Of a stretch of 64,000 nucleotides of DNA, positions 1 through 12,102 are shown in pieces. Positions within the stretch are counted from its first letter, which is position 1, and each line of letters starts with the position of its first letter. A model generated the notes under the pieces. That model was not told where the DNA came from and made no database searches. It saw only the letters and a program-made list of their open reading frames with translations. Source of the stretch: an uncultured delta proteobacterium (GTDB lineage Bacteria > Myxococcota > Kuafuiibacteriia > Kuafuiibacteriales > Kuafuiibacteriaceae); assembly GCA_963803435.1 (NCBI GenBank), contig CAWDML010000005.1:256001-320000 (forward strand). The letters are read 5' to 3'. Made by a program: the position numbers and the translations under genes.

Positions 1-671
1 GGATCAAGACCAGCATCCTCGAGCGGGTCGCGCTGCGCCTCGAGGGGAGGCACATCGTCTCCGCGCGCGAGGGACCCGACGCGGGCAACACCAATCACTT
101 CGAGGTGCTCGGCGGCGTCGGCATCTCCCTGTGGCGTTCGGAGCCGCCGCCGCCCCCGGTGCTGGTCGCGGCGCCGCCCCCTCCGCCCCCGCCCCCGCCG
201 GCGGTCGCCGTGACCCCGCCGCCGCCCCCCGCGCCGCCACCGCCGCCGCCGCCGCCGGTCGAGCCGCCCGAGGAGGAGGACTGCACGAAGGCGGCGAACA
301 ACCCCAACTGCAAGCCAGAGCACGTCCTCCGTGCGGAGCTCCAGCGCGTCCACTTCGACTGGGGCTCGTCGAAGCTTCGACAGGATCACTATCCGGCGCT
401 CGACAACGCAGTCGAGCTGCTCCTCGAGCATCCTCACCTCCGGATCGAGATCCAGGGGCACACCGACAGCACCGGACCGACGCCGCACAACATCCGCCTC
501 TCCATCCGGCGCGCGCGCGCGGTGAAGCAGTACCTGGTCGCCAAGGGCATCGCGCCCGAGCGCGTCACCACCGTCGGCCTCGGTCCGAACGTCCCGATCG
601 GATCGAACCAGACCACCAAGGGTCGCGCGATGAACCGGCGCAGTGAGATCCGCGTGATCAACGAGGAGTAG
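1..671 (+). CDS. OmpA-family outer-membrane protein (5' truncated by window edge): beta-barrel end, Pro-rich linker, OmpA_C peptidoglycan-binding domain
   Basis: Frame open from base 3 ([19 protein letters not shown]...[12 protein letters not shown], amphipathic strands), then a poly-Pro linker and OmpA_C motifs [39 protein letters not shown]. Confidence 0.9.
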   Translation, partial: IKTSILERVALRLEGRHIVSAREGPDAGNTNHFEVLGGVGISLWRSEPPPPPVLVAAPPPPPPPPPAVAVTPPPPPAPPPPPPPPVEPPEEEDCTKAANNPNCKPEHVLRAELQRVHFDWGSSKLRQDHYPALDNAVELLLEHPHLRIEIQGHTDSTGPTPHNIRLSIRRARAVKQYLVAKGIAPERVTTVGLGPNVPIGSNQTTKGRAMNRRSEIRVINEE

Positions 672-726
672 CCTCCGCAAACGTCACACGAGTAGCGGCA
701 TGCTCGTTGCTCCCTCGACGGTGGAC

Positions 727-2841
<2,115 letters not shown>

Positions 2842-4134
2842 TCAATCGACGCATCGGCGCGTCGGGAGCGCGAACGGGGTCGCTGCCAGGTCGGTCCCGC
2901 ATTCGGTCGATTCACACCACTCGAGAAAGCGAGCGACCATCTCTTCGCCGAGGAAGACGGCGCCGGCCCGGGGGGCGATCGCGTGGACGTCCAGCCGCCG
3001 GACCATGGCGACCCACGCGCGGACGGTCGCGCGGTTGGACATCGTCCGCCGGAAGATCGCCTCCATCGCCGGGACGTGCAGGTCGAAGCGCTCGACGCAG
3101 CGATGGGCGGAGGGAGTGGAGGCGCCGACGCTGCCCGAGAAGAGCGTCTTGGAGATCGGATCGAAGATCTGGAGCCCGGTCGGGGACCCGAGAAAGTGCG
3201 CGGGCAGCACCGCGAGATCCATCATCCCCAGCGCGATCAGGCCGCCCTCGTCGGGGATCATCTTGAGCCGATCGTCGAGCAGGCTGTCGAGCGACCGACC
3301 GGGGAGCGGCTGTCCCACCAGGCTCGGCACCAGCACGTCGGCGTCGGTGTCCATCAACCAGCGCTCGAGGGGCACCAGCGCCTGCGCCTGCGAGAAGAAC
3401 AGGTACTGCGCGCGCGCACCTCCCAGCGGGGTCGGTCCGCCGATCGGATCGAGGATCAGGGCCTCGTCTCCGTCCACGATCAGAAACTGCGCTGCGGAGA
3501 GGCGATTCTGGTGGCGGCCGTCGTCGAACAGGAGGTAGCTGCTCTCGACGACGGTCGGGACCCGGTCGATCGGCGCCCGCATCACGCGCGTCCGGCTGCG
3601 GGTCGGCGCGTTCGCCAGCTCCAGATACATCTCGTAGTCTTGCGGATGGATCAGGAGCGCTTGCAGCGTGTGGAAGCGCTCCAGCAGCTCGGAGTCCATC
3701 GATCTCGACAGGACCTCCTCCGCGAGCGGGAAGAGCAGGCGCTCCTCCTGCTTCATGTGGATCTTGTAGCGGTTGGCGTACGACTCGATGGTCTTCGCCA
3801 GCGCGTCGCGGGCGAAGCTCGGGTCCGCCTCGGCCTCGAGCAGGAGCGCCTCGGCCGCCTTCAGGTAGGCGTGACCGTTCGTGTGGTGCTCCTGGAACTG
3901 CGCGAGCATGCGCTGATCGACCTCATCGGTCTCCTCGATGAGGATCGAGAACAGGACGTCCTCCTCCTTCGCGTGATGGACGCGATCCATCACATACTTG
4001 AAGAAGTGCAGCGACCGTCGCAGGTGGACCGGGTCGAACGGCTCGAGCGAGCCCTCGATCGACTCGAGGACCCGCTCCGCCGCCCGATGCTCCTCCAGAA
4101 GGTGTGCGATGGCTCTGAGCACACGCCTTGGCAT
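2842..4134 (-). CDS. Hemerythrin (HHE) domain fused to a degenerate ODP/metallo-beta-lactamase-fold domain
   Basis: N-half: EEH...HHAKEEDVLF...EHHTNGH...HMKQEERLLFP. C-half has an ODP-like scaffold (QFLIVDGDEALILDP, IPDEGG, LPAHFL, FDPISKTLFSG, WVAMVRRLD, EMVARFLEW...CGTD) with the metal ligands replaced. Confidence 0.8.
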   Translation of the reverse strand: MPRRVLRAIAHLLEEHRAAERVLESIEGSLEPFDPVHLRRSLHFFKYVMDRVHHAKEEDVLFSILIEETDEVDQRMLAQFQEHHTNGHAYLKAAEALLLEAEADPSFARDALAKTIESYANRYKIHMKQEERLLFPLAEEVLSRSMDSELLERFHTLQALLIHPQDYEMYLELANAPTRSRTRVMRAPIDRVPTVVESSYLLFDDGRHQNRLSAAQFLIVDGDEALILDPIGGPTPLGGARAQYLFFSQAQALVPLERWLMDTDADVLVPSLVGQPLPGRSLDSLLDDRLKMIPDEGGLIALGMMDLAVLPAHFLGSPTGLQIFDPISKTLFSGSVGASTPSAHRCVERFDLHVPAMEAIFRRTMSNRATVRAWVAMVRRLDVHAIAPRAGAVFLGEEMVARFLEWCESTECGTDLAATPFALPTRRCVD

Positions 4135-4242
4135 TCAAGCGCCATGCCTTTGCTGCGCAGGGTGCGTGCGGGCCCGACCGTTTCCGGACGGTAGCGGCCG
4201 GCGGCGCTTCAGTCACCGAAGCCGAGCTGCTAGGGCCAGAGG

Positions 4243-7129
4243 ATGATCGCGGAGGAGAGCTCCCGGGTCCGCGCACTCTCGGACGCTCTGCGCAAGGCCT
4301 GCCACCCCCGGGCCTGGTCGCGCGGCGTGCTGCTCGTGCGCGACGGGGCCGTCGAGGGGAAGGAGGAGAGCGACGACGAGATCGTGCTGGCGGTCCGCGC
4401 GCCGGATCGGCCGGTGCCGCTGACCGTCGTGCTCTACCCCGAGACGCTGGAGTGGGACTGCGACTGCGGCGCGCCCGCCGAGGCCTGCGCGCACGCGGCG
4501 GCGGCGGTCATCTCGTTGATGCGGGCCCGCGAGGCGGGCGCGTCGCTCCCGGTGGCGACGGTAGCGCGCCCGGTGCTCCGCTACCGCTTCGTGCGCGAGG
4601 CCGGCCGGCTGCGCCTCGAACGTCACCTGGTGCGGCCGGACGGCTCGTCCTCGATCTTCGCCGGCGAGGCGGCCCGCAGCCGCGGTGTCGCGCTCGAGGC
4701 GCTCGACCTGAGGATCGAGCCGCTGATCGCGCGCGGCTCGGTCGAGGTCGCGCGCGTCGAGCAGGCCGCGCGGCTCCTCGCTGAGCTGGAGGACACCGAG
4801 GTCACGCTGGATGGGCGGCCGGTGCGCACCTCGCGGCGGCCGCTGGTCCCGCGCGGGCGCGTGGAGCCCGACGGTGACGGGGTCCGGTTCTCGATCACCG
4901 CCGATCCCACCATCGACGAGGTGGTCGCGGACGGCGTCGCCCTTTCGCAGGATCGGCTGCATCCGCTCGGCGAGCTGGCGCTGGCGGGGGCGCGCCTGGA
5001 GAAGCTGCCGCTGGTGCGACGCTTCCCGCGGGCCGCGCTCGGTGAGCTGGTGGCGGAGATCCTCCCGCTCTACCAGGGCCGCTTCGATCTCGAGCTCGAC
5101 GCCGAGATCCCGGCGCTCGCCGATCGCGGGCGCCCGCGGATCGCGCTGTCGATCGAGCTCGGATCCGACAGCGCCTCCGCCACACCCGAGCTGGTGTACG
5201 GCGATCCGCCTCAGCTCCGGATCGAGGACAAGCGCTCGATCTACCTCCGAGGCCCGGTCCCCGTGCGCGACCTGGCGGAAGAGCGCCATTCGATCGAGGA
5301 CCTCCGGAGCGAGCTCAACCTGGCGGTGGGCCGACGCGTGGAGGTTCGCGGCGCCGAGGTGCCCGCGTTCCTCGAGAAGCTGCGCGCGTATCAGCGGCGC
5401 TCGGGCGCGCTCGACGAGACGCTGATCCCGCGCCTCCGTGTTCGCTTCGAGATCGAGGACGATCGCTTCCAGCTCGACTTCACCACCGACTCCGGCGACA
5501 CCGCCGAGGGGCTCCAGGTCCTGCGTGCGTTCGAGGCGGGCGCCGAGCTGGTGCCGCTCCTCGGCGGCGGTTGGGGCGCGATCCCGCGCGACTTCCTGGA
5601 AGCGCACGGCGATCGGATCGCGCTGTTGCTCCAGCTCCGCGGCGAAGGGGGCCGCGTCCCGACGATGGCGCTGCCGGCCCTGGCGAGCCTGGCTGAAGCG
5701 CTCGATTCGACCGGCCCCGGCGGCGATGTCGCGGCTCGCCCCGCTCTTCGAGACGTTCGAACGGCTGCCGGCGGCGGCCCTTCCGGAGGATCTCCAGGCG
5801 ACGCTGCGCCCCTACCAGCGACAGGGCGTCGACTGGCTGTCCTTCCTCTTCGACGCCGGCCTCGGCGGGGTCCTCGCGGACGACATGGGCCTCGGCAAGA
5901 CGCTCGAGGCGCTGTGCGCGGTGCGCGGCCGGACCTTGATCGTCTGCCCGACCAGCGTGCTCCCCAACTGGAGCGCCGAGATCGCGCGCTTTCGACCGGC
6001 GCTCGCGGTGGAGATCTTCCACGGCCCCGAGCGCACGCTCGGCGGCGCGAACGTCACGCTGACCACTTACGCGATCCTCCGCCTGGACGCGGAGCGCCTG
6101 GCCGCCGTCGACTGGGACACCTTGGTGCTCGACGAGGCGCACGCGATCAAGAACGCCGACAGCCAGACCGCGCGCGCCGCCTTCTCGCTCGAGGCCCGCC
6201 ACCGGGTCACGCTCACCGGCACCCCGGTCGAGAACCGGCTCGAGGAGCTTTGGAGCCAGCTCCACCTCACGAACCCCGGCCTGCTCCACGGTCGCTCCGA
6301 GTTCAACGAACGCTTCGCGAAGCCGATCGCGCAGGGCGACGGCGCAGCTGCGATCCGCCTCCGCGAGCGCATTCGACCGTTCGTGTTGCGACGCCTCAAG
6401 CGCGACGTCGCGCGCGACCTCCCGCCGCGCACCGACATGATCCTGTTCGTGGAGCTCGAGGAGGAGGAGCGCGCGATTTATCAGGCGGTCCAGCTGGCGA
6501 CGAAGCGCGAGGTGGCCGCGAAGCTCTCGAAGGGCGCGAGCGTGCTGGCGGCGCTGGAGGCGCTCCTGCGCCTGCGTCAGGCCGCCTGCCACCCGGCCCT
6601 GGTGCCCGGGCAATCGGCCGCGACGTCCTCGAAGATCGAGACGCTGCTCGAGTCCTTGCTCGAGATCATCGCCGAGGGACACAAGGCGCTCGTCTTCTCC
6701 CAGTGGACCTCGCTCCTCGATCTCCTCGAGCCGGCGCTGTCCAGAGAGGGCCTGCCGTTCCTCCGCCTCGACGGCAGCACCCGCGACCGCGCCGCCGTCG
6801 TCGACGGATTCAACCGCGACGACGGGCCGCCGCTCCTGCTCGTGTCGCTCAAAGCCGGCGGCGTCGGCCTCAACCTCACCGCGGCGGATCACGTGTATTT
6901 GCTGGACCCATGGTGGAACCCGGCCGTCGAGGATCAGGCCGCCGATCGCGCGCACCGGATCGGCCAGACCCGTCCCGTGATCGTGCATCGCCTGGTCGCA
7001 CGCGACACGATCGAAGAGCGCGTCCTCGACCTCCAGGCGAGGAAGCGCGCGGTCGCCGACGTCGCGCTCGGCGAGGCCCAGGCCGCCGCCGCGCTGACGC
7101 GGGAGGATCTGCTGGCGCTCTTGGATTGA
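4243..7129 (+). CDS. SWIM zinc finger-SNF2 family helicase (single +1 frameshift at 5704-5708)
   Basis: SWIM CDC...ACAH in the first frame; SNF2 motifs [56 protein letters not shown] in the second; deleting one T in GATTC joins them ([15 protein letters not shown]). Confidence 0.9.
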
Positions 7130-7194
7130 GGCGCCCGGCTCTTACCCGGCGCGCGTAAGTGCCGCGCCGTGCCCGGCTCCGTACCTTGGATCTC

Positions 7195-8115
7195 ATGGGC
7201 ACGCTGACCCGGCTCCGCGACTCTGCTCCGATCCCGCTCATCTCCTCGGCCCTGGTGGGCCGGGCCGCGAGCGCGTGGCTGCGCCTCGACGGTCCCTTCG
7301 CGTCGAACGATCACGCGCAGCTCTGGTTTCGGGATCAGGCGTGGATGCTCAAGGACGCGGGTAGCAAGAACGGGACGTTCGTCGACGGGTGTCCGCTGCA
7401 GCCCGGCCGAGCCGTGGTCCTGGCGTGCGGTGCGCGGATCGCCTTCGGTGAGCTCGAGCCCTCGTACCAGGTCGCGGACGTGGAGCCGCCTCGCCCGATC
7501 GCCCAGGATGTGGTGACGAACGAGATCATCGTGGGTGATGCGGACGGGGTGGCGCTGCCGGAGGCGAGCCGACCCGTGGCGCTGCTCCATCGGGGCTCGG
7601 GCGGGTGGCTCTTCGAGTCGAGCTCGGGCGAGGTCGAGGAGGTCGAGGACCTCGAGACGGTCCGGGTGGCCGCGCGCCTGTTCCGGTTGTTCTTGCCGGG
7701 GGTGTCGAGCCCGACGCCCGAGCTCGACACCAGCTTCTCGCTCCGGAACGCACGGTTCCGTTTCCGATTGGGGAAGAAGGACGCGGACGTCGCGGTCGAG
7801 GTCTTGTTTCAGGGACGCGAGATCGCGCGGCTCGAGTCGTGCGAGTACGGCGCCCTCCTGTTGGCGCTGGCGCGGGCTCAGCTGGCGGATCGATCCTGTT
7901 CACCCGACCAGCGCGGATGGCGGTCGGTCGCCGAGCTCTGCGAGATCCTGGGCATGAATGCGCCTGCGCTCGACGTTGCGACCTATCGCGCACGCAAGAG
8001 CATGGCGGCCACTCGGCTGCTCGGCGCCGCGGGGCTGATCGAGGTCAAGCGAGGCTGGCGGCGGCTCGGACCCGATACCATCGAGCTGATCGGCTCCAAC
8101 GGACCGTCGCGCTGA
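7195..8115 (+). CDS. FHA-domain protein with probable C-terminal winged-helix DNA-binding domain
   Basis: FHA signature VGR...ASNDHA...DAGSKNGTFVDG; C-terminal LLLALARAQL...GWRSVAELCEILGM...DVATYRARK. Confidence 0.8.
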   Translation: MGTLTRLRDSAPIPLISSALVGRAASAWLRLDGPFASNDHAQLWFRDQAWMLKDAGSKNGTFVDGCPLQPGRAVVLACGARIAFGELEPSYQVADVEPPRPIAQDVVTNEIIVGDADGVALPEASRPVALLHRGSGGWLFESSSGEVEEVEDLETVRVAARLFRLFLPGVSSPTPELDTSFSLRNARFRFRLGKKDADVAVEVLFQGREIARLESCEYGALLLALARAQLADRSCSPDQRGWRSVAELCEILGMNAPALDVATYRARKSMAATRLLGAAGLIEVKRGWRRLGPDTIELIGSNGPSR

Positions 8116-8122
8116 GACGGGC

Positions 8123-9685
8123 TCAGGGACAGACGTCGCGCAGACCGAGGAGCCGGTTCGCGCTCTGGTAGGCGACCATCCAGACGCTGCCGTCGGTGGT
8201 GATCGACGGCGCGAAGTCGTCGTCGGCGTCCGTCATCGCGAGGGGCGAGAGCGGACCCGCGGCGCTCCAGCTCTGCCCTCCGTCGGTGGAGAACACGCCG
8301 AGGATGTCGCCTTCGGTGCCAGTGCCGGAGACGTCGACGTAGGCGTGCCACGCGATCGCAAACGTACCTGCGCCGTCCGTCGCGACGGAGACGCGCGGAT
8401 CGGGCGTCCCGAACGACCCGATGGCGGCGGGGTCGAGCCAGGTCGCGCCGCCGTCCGAGGAGGCGACCGCGGTGACGCTCCCGTCTGCGCTCGCCCAGGC
8501 GACGACCGTGTCGCCCGCATCTCCTGAGGCGATGGCAGGCTCGAAGTCGGTGATCGCGTCGTCGGCGGCGGTCCGGCTGACCGCCTGCGCCTCGCTCCAG
8601 GTGGCGCCGCCATCGTCGGACTGGGCGAAGAGGATGTCCGGATCGGGCCCGAAGCTCGGCGTCCAGTAGGTGGAGCTCCAGACGGCCACAAAGCGATCGG
8701 GCCCCTCCGCGGTGAGGGCCACGTCGCCGTCCCAGGTATCGTCGGAGGCGGCGTGCTGATTGATGACGTCCACGCCCGACCAGGTCTCGCCGGCGTTGTC
8801 GGATCGCACGAACGCGATGTCGCCGTCCTGACCCACGGTTCCCGAGAGGAGATCGTGCGCGTGCCAGCCGATCAGCCAGCGGGCGCCGTCGGTGGCGATC
8901 GCGGGCTTCGCGTCGTCGTGCTCCATCGCGAGCAGCACCTGCGGTGCGAAGGTCCGGCCGTCCTGAGAGCGCGACATGTAGATCGCCGCGGAGCCGTCGC
9001 TGGCCAGTGACGATTGCCAGGTCACCATCCAGGTCCCGGCGGCGTAGACGATCCGTGGGCGTTGATCGACCCGCTCGCCGTCGCTGGCGGCGAGCTCGGG
9101 CAGCAGAGGCACCGCGGGCGACCAGACGACGCCTCCGTCCGTCGAGCGCGAGAAGAACAGGTCGAACTCGCCGCCGATGGTGTCCCCGAGCGTGTCGTCC
9201 GAGGAGAACACCGCGAGCCACGTCCCGGCGCCGTCGGTCGCCAGCACCGGGCTCTCCTCGTAGCTCGACGGATCCTGGGTGAGGCCGACGGTCGACGGGT
9301 TCCCGAAGTCCGGGACGCACGACGGTCGAGCCACGACCGTCCCGGCGATGGGGACCTGGAGGCGCGGGGCATCGCTCTCGACGGTGAGGTTGGCGTCGAC
9401 GGTGCGCGGCTCGGACGATTCGAAGCGGACCTGCACCTCCATGGCGCCGTTCCGCCCGAGCTCGATGCCGACGGGTGCGTCGATGCCGACGTCGGGATCG
9501 TCGCTCTGGATCGCGTCGATCCTGACCGGCGTCTCACCGGTGTTCGTGACCAGGAGCCGCAATCCTAGGCTCTCTCGCGTCATCAAGGTTCCGAGATCGA
9601 GGGACTCCGGCTGGACGGTGAGGTGCGGTTCTGCTCCGCCGGAGCAGGCGGCGACCAGCAGGAGGGCGGCGGCAGGGCGAAGCAA
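8123..9685 (-). CDS. Lipoprotein with ASH/Ig-like domain and Asp-box (BNR, sialidase-like) beta-propeller
   Basis: Lipobox LLLVAAC; PESLDLG...VTNTGETP Ig-like domain; six S-x-D-x-G-x-x-W/F Asp boxes (STDGGVVW, SQDGRTF, SDNAGETW, SDDGGATW, SSDGGATW, STDGGQSW); TTG start at 9685 inferred. Confidence 0.75.
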   Translation of the reverse strand: MLRPAAALLLVAACSGGAEPHLTVQPESLDLGTLMTRESLGLRLLVTNTGETPVRIDAIQSDDPDVGIDAPVGIELGRNGAMEVQVRFESSEPRTVDANLTVESDAPRLQVPIAGTVVARPSCVPDFGNPSTVGLTQDPSSYEESPVLATDGAGTWLAVFSSDDTLGDTIGGEFDLFFSRSTDGGVVWSPAVPLLPELAASDGERVDQRPRIVYAAGTWMVTWQSSLASDGSAAIYMSRSQDGRTFAPQVLLAMEHDDAKPAIATDGARWLIGWHAHDLLSGTVGQDGDIAFVRSDNAGETWSGVDVINQHAASDDTWDGDVALTAEGPDRFVAVWSSTYWTPSFGPDPDILFAQSDDGGATWSEAQAVSRTAADDAITDFEPAIASGDAGDTVVAWASADGSVTAVASSDGGATWLDPAAIGSFGTPDPRVSVATDGAGTFAIAWHAYVDVSGTGTEGDILGVFSTDGGQSWSAAGPLSPLAMTDADDDFAPSITTDGSVWMVAYQSANRLLGLRDVCP

Positions 9686-9815
9686 CGGAGAATGATAGGC
9701 GGCGGCACCTCGGACATTCAACCGCGCGGCGTGTAACGAGCGCGTAAGCTTCCCGCAGCCGGGTAAGTGAAGACGGTCCGCGACGGGCGCAGACTGGATC
9801 TCAGGAGGATCGAAC

Positions 9816-10025
9816 ATGTCAGGAGACGGAGGCATCATCGGGAATGCGGTCGGGAAGGCCATCGGAGCGTTCATCAAGAACCTCCCGAACGCGGACCCCA
9901 CGGACGAGCAGATCCAGATCCGCGACGCGCAGCCGCAGACCACGGCGCCCGGCGGACCCAACCAGGACAACGCAGCCGCCGGCGCGGTCGCGGAGGCCCG
10001 CGGTCGACCCAACCGCTTCGAGTGA
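9816..10025 (+). CDS. Small hypothetical protein (69 aa)
   Basis: Strong AGGAGG RBS 7 nt before the ATG; GC3-biased codons; directly upstream of the next gene. Confidence 0.6.
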   Translation: MSGDGGIIGNAVGKAIGAFIKNLPNADPTDEQIQIRDAQPQTTAPGGPNQDNAAAGAVAEARGRPNRFE

Positions 10026-10035
10026 GGGGGCAGCG

Positions 10036-10458
10036 ATGAACACAAACCCGATCCGCGAGTTGATCGCACGCCTCACGAAGTCGGGGCTCCCGGGCGAGCG
10101 CGCGCAGCTCGACGAAGGCGCGCTCGGGATCATCCGCACCGCGATCCACGCGCGGATCGGGCAGGACGATCTGATGGACTGCGTGGAAATGGTGTTGGCG
10201 GTGGCCGACGTCTTCACGTTACAGCTCGCGTCGCCCACCGCGGCCGGCGCGCTGGTGGCGCTGGTGAACGATGTGGACGTCGTCGACGCGCTCGTGCGGA
10301 TCAACGAGGCGCGCCGGCGGGAGCAGCGAGTGCGCGCCGAGGCCTGCGCGCAGGTGGGAGCGACGGCGATCGAGCGGAGCGCGCCGCGGATCGATCAAGC
10401 GCGGCCTGCGGGTACGCTCCGGCTCCAGGATCTCCACCGTCCGCGGCGCCTGGGTTGA
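10036..10458 (+). CDS. Hypothetical alpha-helical protein (140 aa)
   Basis: GAGGGG RBS before ATG 10036; amphipathic helical pattern; no motif recognised. Confidence 0.6.
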   Translation: MNTNPIRELIARLTKSGLPGERAQLDEGALGIIRTAIHARIGQDDLMDCVEMVLAVADVFTLQLASPTAAGALVALVNDVDVVDALVRINEARRREQRVRAEACAQVGATAIERSAPRIDQARPAGTLRLQDLHRPRRLG

Positions 10459-10461
10459 TCC

Positions 10462-11586
10462 TCACCCAGGCGGCTCGTACATCAAGAACGTCGCCGGCAG
10501 CGGGCCGTTGTGCATCGGCTTCTTCATCTTCGGCTTGCGGCGGAAGATCTCCTCGAAGGCGCGCGAGCCGGCGAGGAGCGCACAGCGGTAGCCCAGTCGG
10601 TCGGCGAGCTCGACCAGCTCCTTGGCGATCTGCTCGACCACCGCCTCGTCCCCGAGGCGGACGCCGTACGGCGGGTTGGTGAGGATCAGGCCGCGGTGGT
10701 GGACGGGGCGGCCGGCCTTCTGGAGGGTGGTGTGGATCCGCTTCAGCGTCAGGTCGCGGAGGTCGCCGTGGAGCGGGACCACCATGTCGGCGATGCCGGC
10801 GCGGCGGAGGTTCTCGCGCATCGGCTCCTGCTGGGGCGTCTGGATCTCGTGCGCGATGATCGCAGGGTCGGTCCCGGGGAACAGGTCGATGAGCGGCCTT
10901 CCTCCCTCGAGCGCCCGGGGGAGCTTGGGGCGACGCGGATCGACCCAGCGCTTGCGTCCGGTGGTCATGAGCGCGGCCTCGGCGGCGATCGTGCCGCTGC
11001 CGGCCATCGGATCGATCAGGACCTCCGTCCTCGGATCCCAGCGCGACAGGATGACCATCTGAGCCGCGAGGGTCTCCTTGAGCGGCGCCGGTCCCTCCTC
11101 CAGACGCCAGCCGCGGAGGTGCAGGCTCTGGCCCGCCAGATCGATCGCGATCAACAGCCCCTGCGGGATCTGTCGCACCGAGAAGATCAGCTCGGCGTGC
11201 TCGGGATCGAGGTGGAGCTCGATCTTGCGATCCTTGGCGCCGTCGATGAGCGCGTTCTTGACGGTGCCTCGGATCTGCAGTGGGCCTGCCGCGAAGCGAT
11301 CCATCCGCGAGACCTCGACGGAGATGCGGAGGCCGTCGATCATCCAGGGGCGATCGTCGGCCGCCACGTCGGCGCGGAGGGCGTCGTACAGCGGCTCGAG
11401 TCGATCGGTCTCGACGACGTAGAGATCCCAGAGGGCACGCGAGGGCGTACGGAGGTAGTGCACCGCCATTCGGGCGAGCTCGGGATCGAACGGGTAGAGG
11501 AGAGTTTGCTCGTCGGCGCGCTTCGGCTCCGTCCGTTGAAAGCCGTCGATCGCGCGGGGGCCAAGGCGCTTGACCTCGGCCTCCAT
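10462..11586 (-). CDS. rlmL: THUMP-domain RNA methyltransferase, RlmL (23S m2G2445)-like
   Basis: IDLAGQSLHLRGWR, APLKETLAAQMV, DPMAGSGTIAAEAA, TNPPYGVRL, KKPMHNGPL. Confidence 0.8.
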   Translation of the reverse strand: MEAEVKRLGPRAIDGFQRTEPKRADEQTLLYPFDPELARMAVHYLRTPSRALWDLYVVETDRLEPLYDALRADVAADDRPWMIDGLRISVEVSRMDRFAAGPLQIRGTVKNALIDGAKDRKIELHLDPEHAELIFSVRQIPQGLLIAIDLAGQSLHLRGWRLEEGPAPLKETLAAQMVILSRWDPRTEVLIDPMAGSGTIAAEAALMTTGRKRWVDPRRPKLPRALEGGRPLIDLFPGTDPAIIAHEIQTPQQEPMRENLRRAGIADMVVPLHGDLRDLTLKRIHTTLQKAGRPVHHRGLILTNPPYGVRLGDEAVVEQIAKELVELADRLGYRCALLAGSRAFEEIFRRKPKMKKPMHNGPLPATFLMYEPPG

Positions 11587-11636
11587 CGCTCGGTTCGCGC
11601 CGCCGGAGCCGATCAGGCGGAGATCGTTCGTTCGCG

Positions 11637-11972
11637 TTACGGCCCCGCCTCCTCGATCAGCATCCCGCGCTTGTCCTCGACCTCTTTGTACTCCTCAGCC
11701 TCGGGGAGGGGATCGCGCTTGGCGCTGATCACCGGCCACTGCGCGGTCAGACGCACGTTCAGCTCGATGAAGTCGTTCCACTTCTCCGGAAGATCATCCT
11801 CCGCGAAGATGGCGGTGGTCGGACACTCGGGCTCGCACGCACCACAATCGATGCACTCGTCGGGATCGATCACGAGGAAGTTCTTGCCCTCATGGAAGCA
11901 GTCCACCGGGCACACGTCGACGCAGTCGGTGTATTTGCACCGGATGCAGGGCTCAGCGACTATGAACGTCAT
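11637..11972 (-). CDS. fdxA: 7Fe ferredoxin (FdxA family)
   Basis: [18 protein letters not shown]...[17 protein letters not shown]; AGGAG RBS upstream. Confidence 0.93.
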   Translation of the reverse strand: MTFIVAEPCIRCKYTDCVDVCPVDCFHEGKNFLVIDPDECIDCGACEPECPTTAIFAEDDLPEKWNDFIELNVRLTAQWPVISAKRDPLPEAEEYKEVEDKRGMLIEEAGP

Positions 11973-12102
11973 AGCTCTCCTTCTAAACGGCTCCCGTTGG
12001 GAACCGACCCTGGCCTTACCGGACCCCGAGCCGTCGATCAATACCGGTGATGCCTCTTTGATCTCGCCTCCGTCTTCCCGCGCACGGTAGCTTCTCCGGA
12101 GC

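Noticed and set aside
95-313. Poly-Gly ORF / GCC microsatellite
   Set aside because: Reverse complement of the OmpA poly-Pro linker
4128-4155. Sigma54-like GGCAT-N5-TTGA on the minus strand before the hemerythrin gene
   Set aside because: -12 GC is mismatched and the site abuts the start codon; too weak to call
4243-7158. 971-aa ORF as a single real protein and the 563-aa ORF as a separate gene
   Set aside because: After 5707 the long ORF becomes Arg/Ala/Pro-rich off-frame sequence; the two ORFs are halves of one SWIM-SNF2 gene
4243-8115. SNF2 + FHA as an anti-phage defence system
   Set aside because: SWIM-SNF2 is a common housekeeping-type architecture; no nuclease, methylase or other defence partner is adjacent
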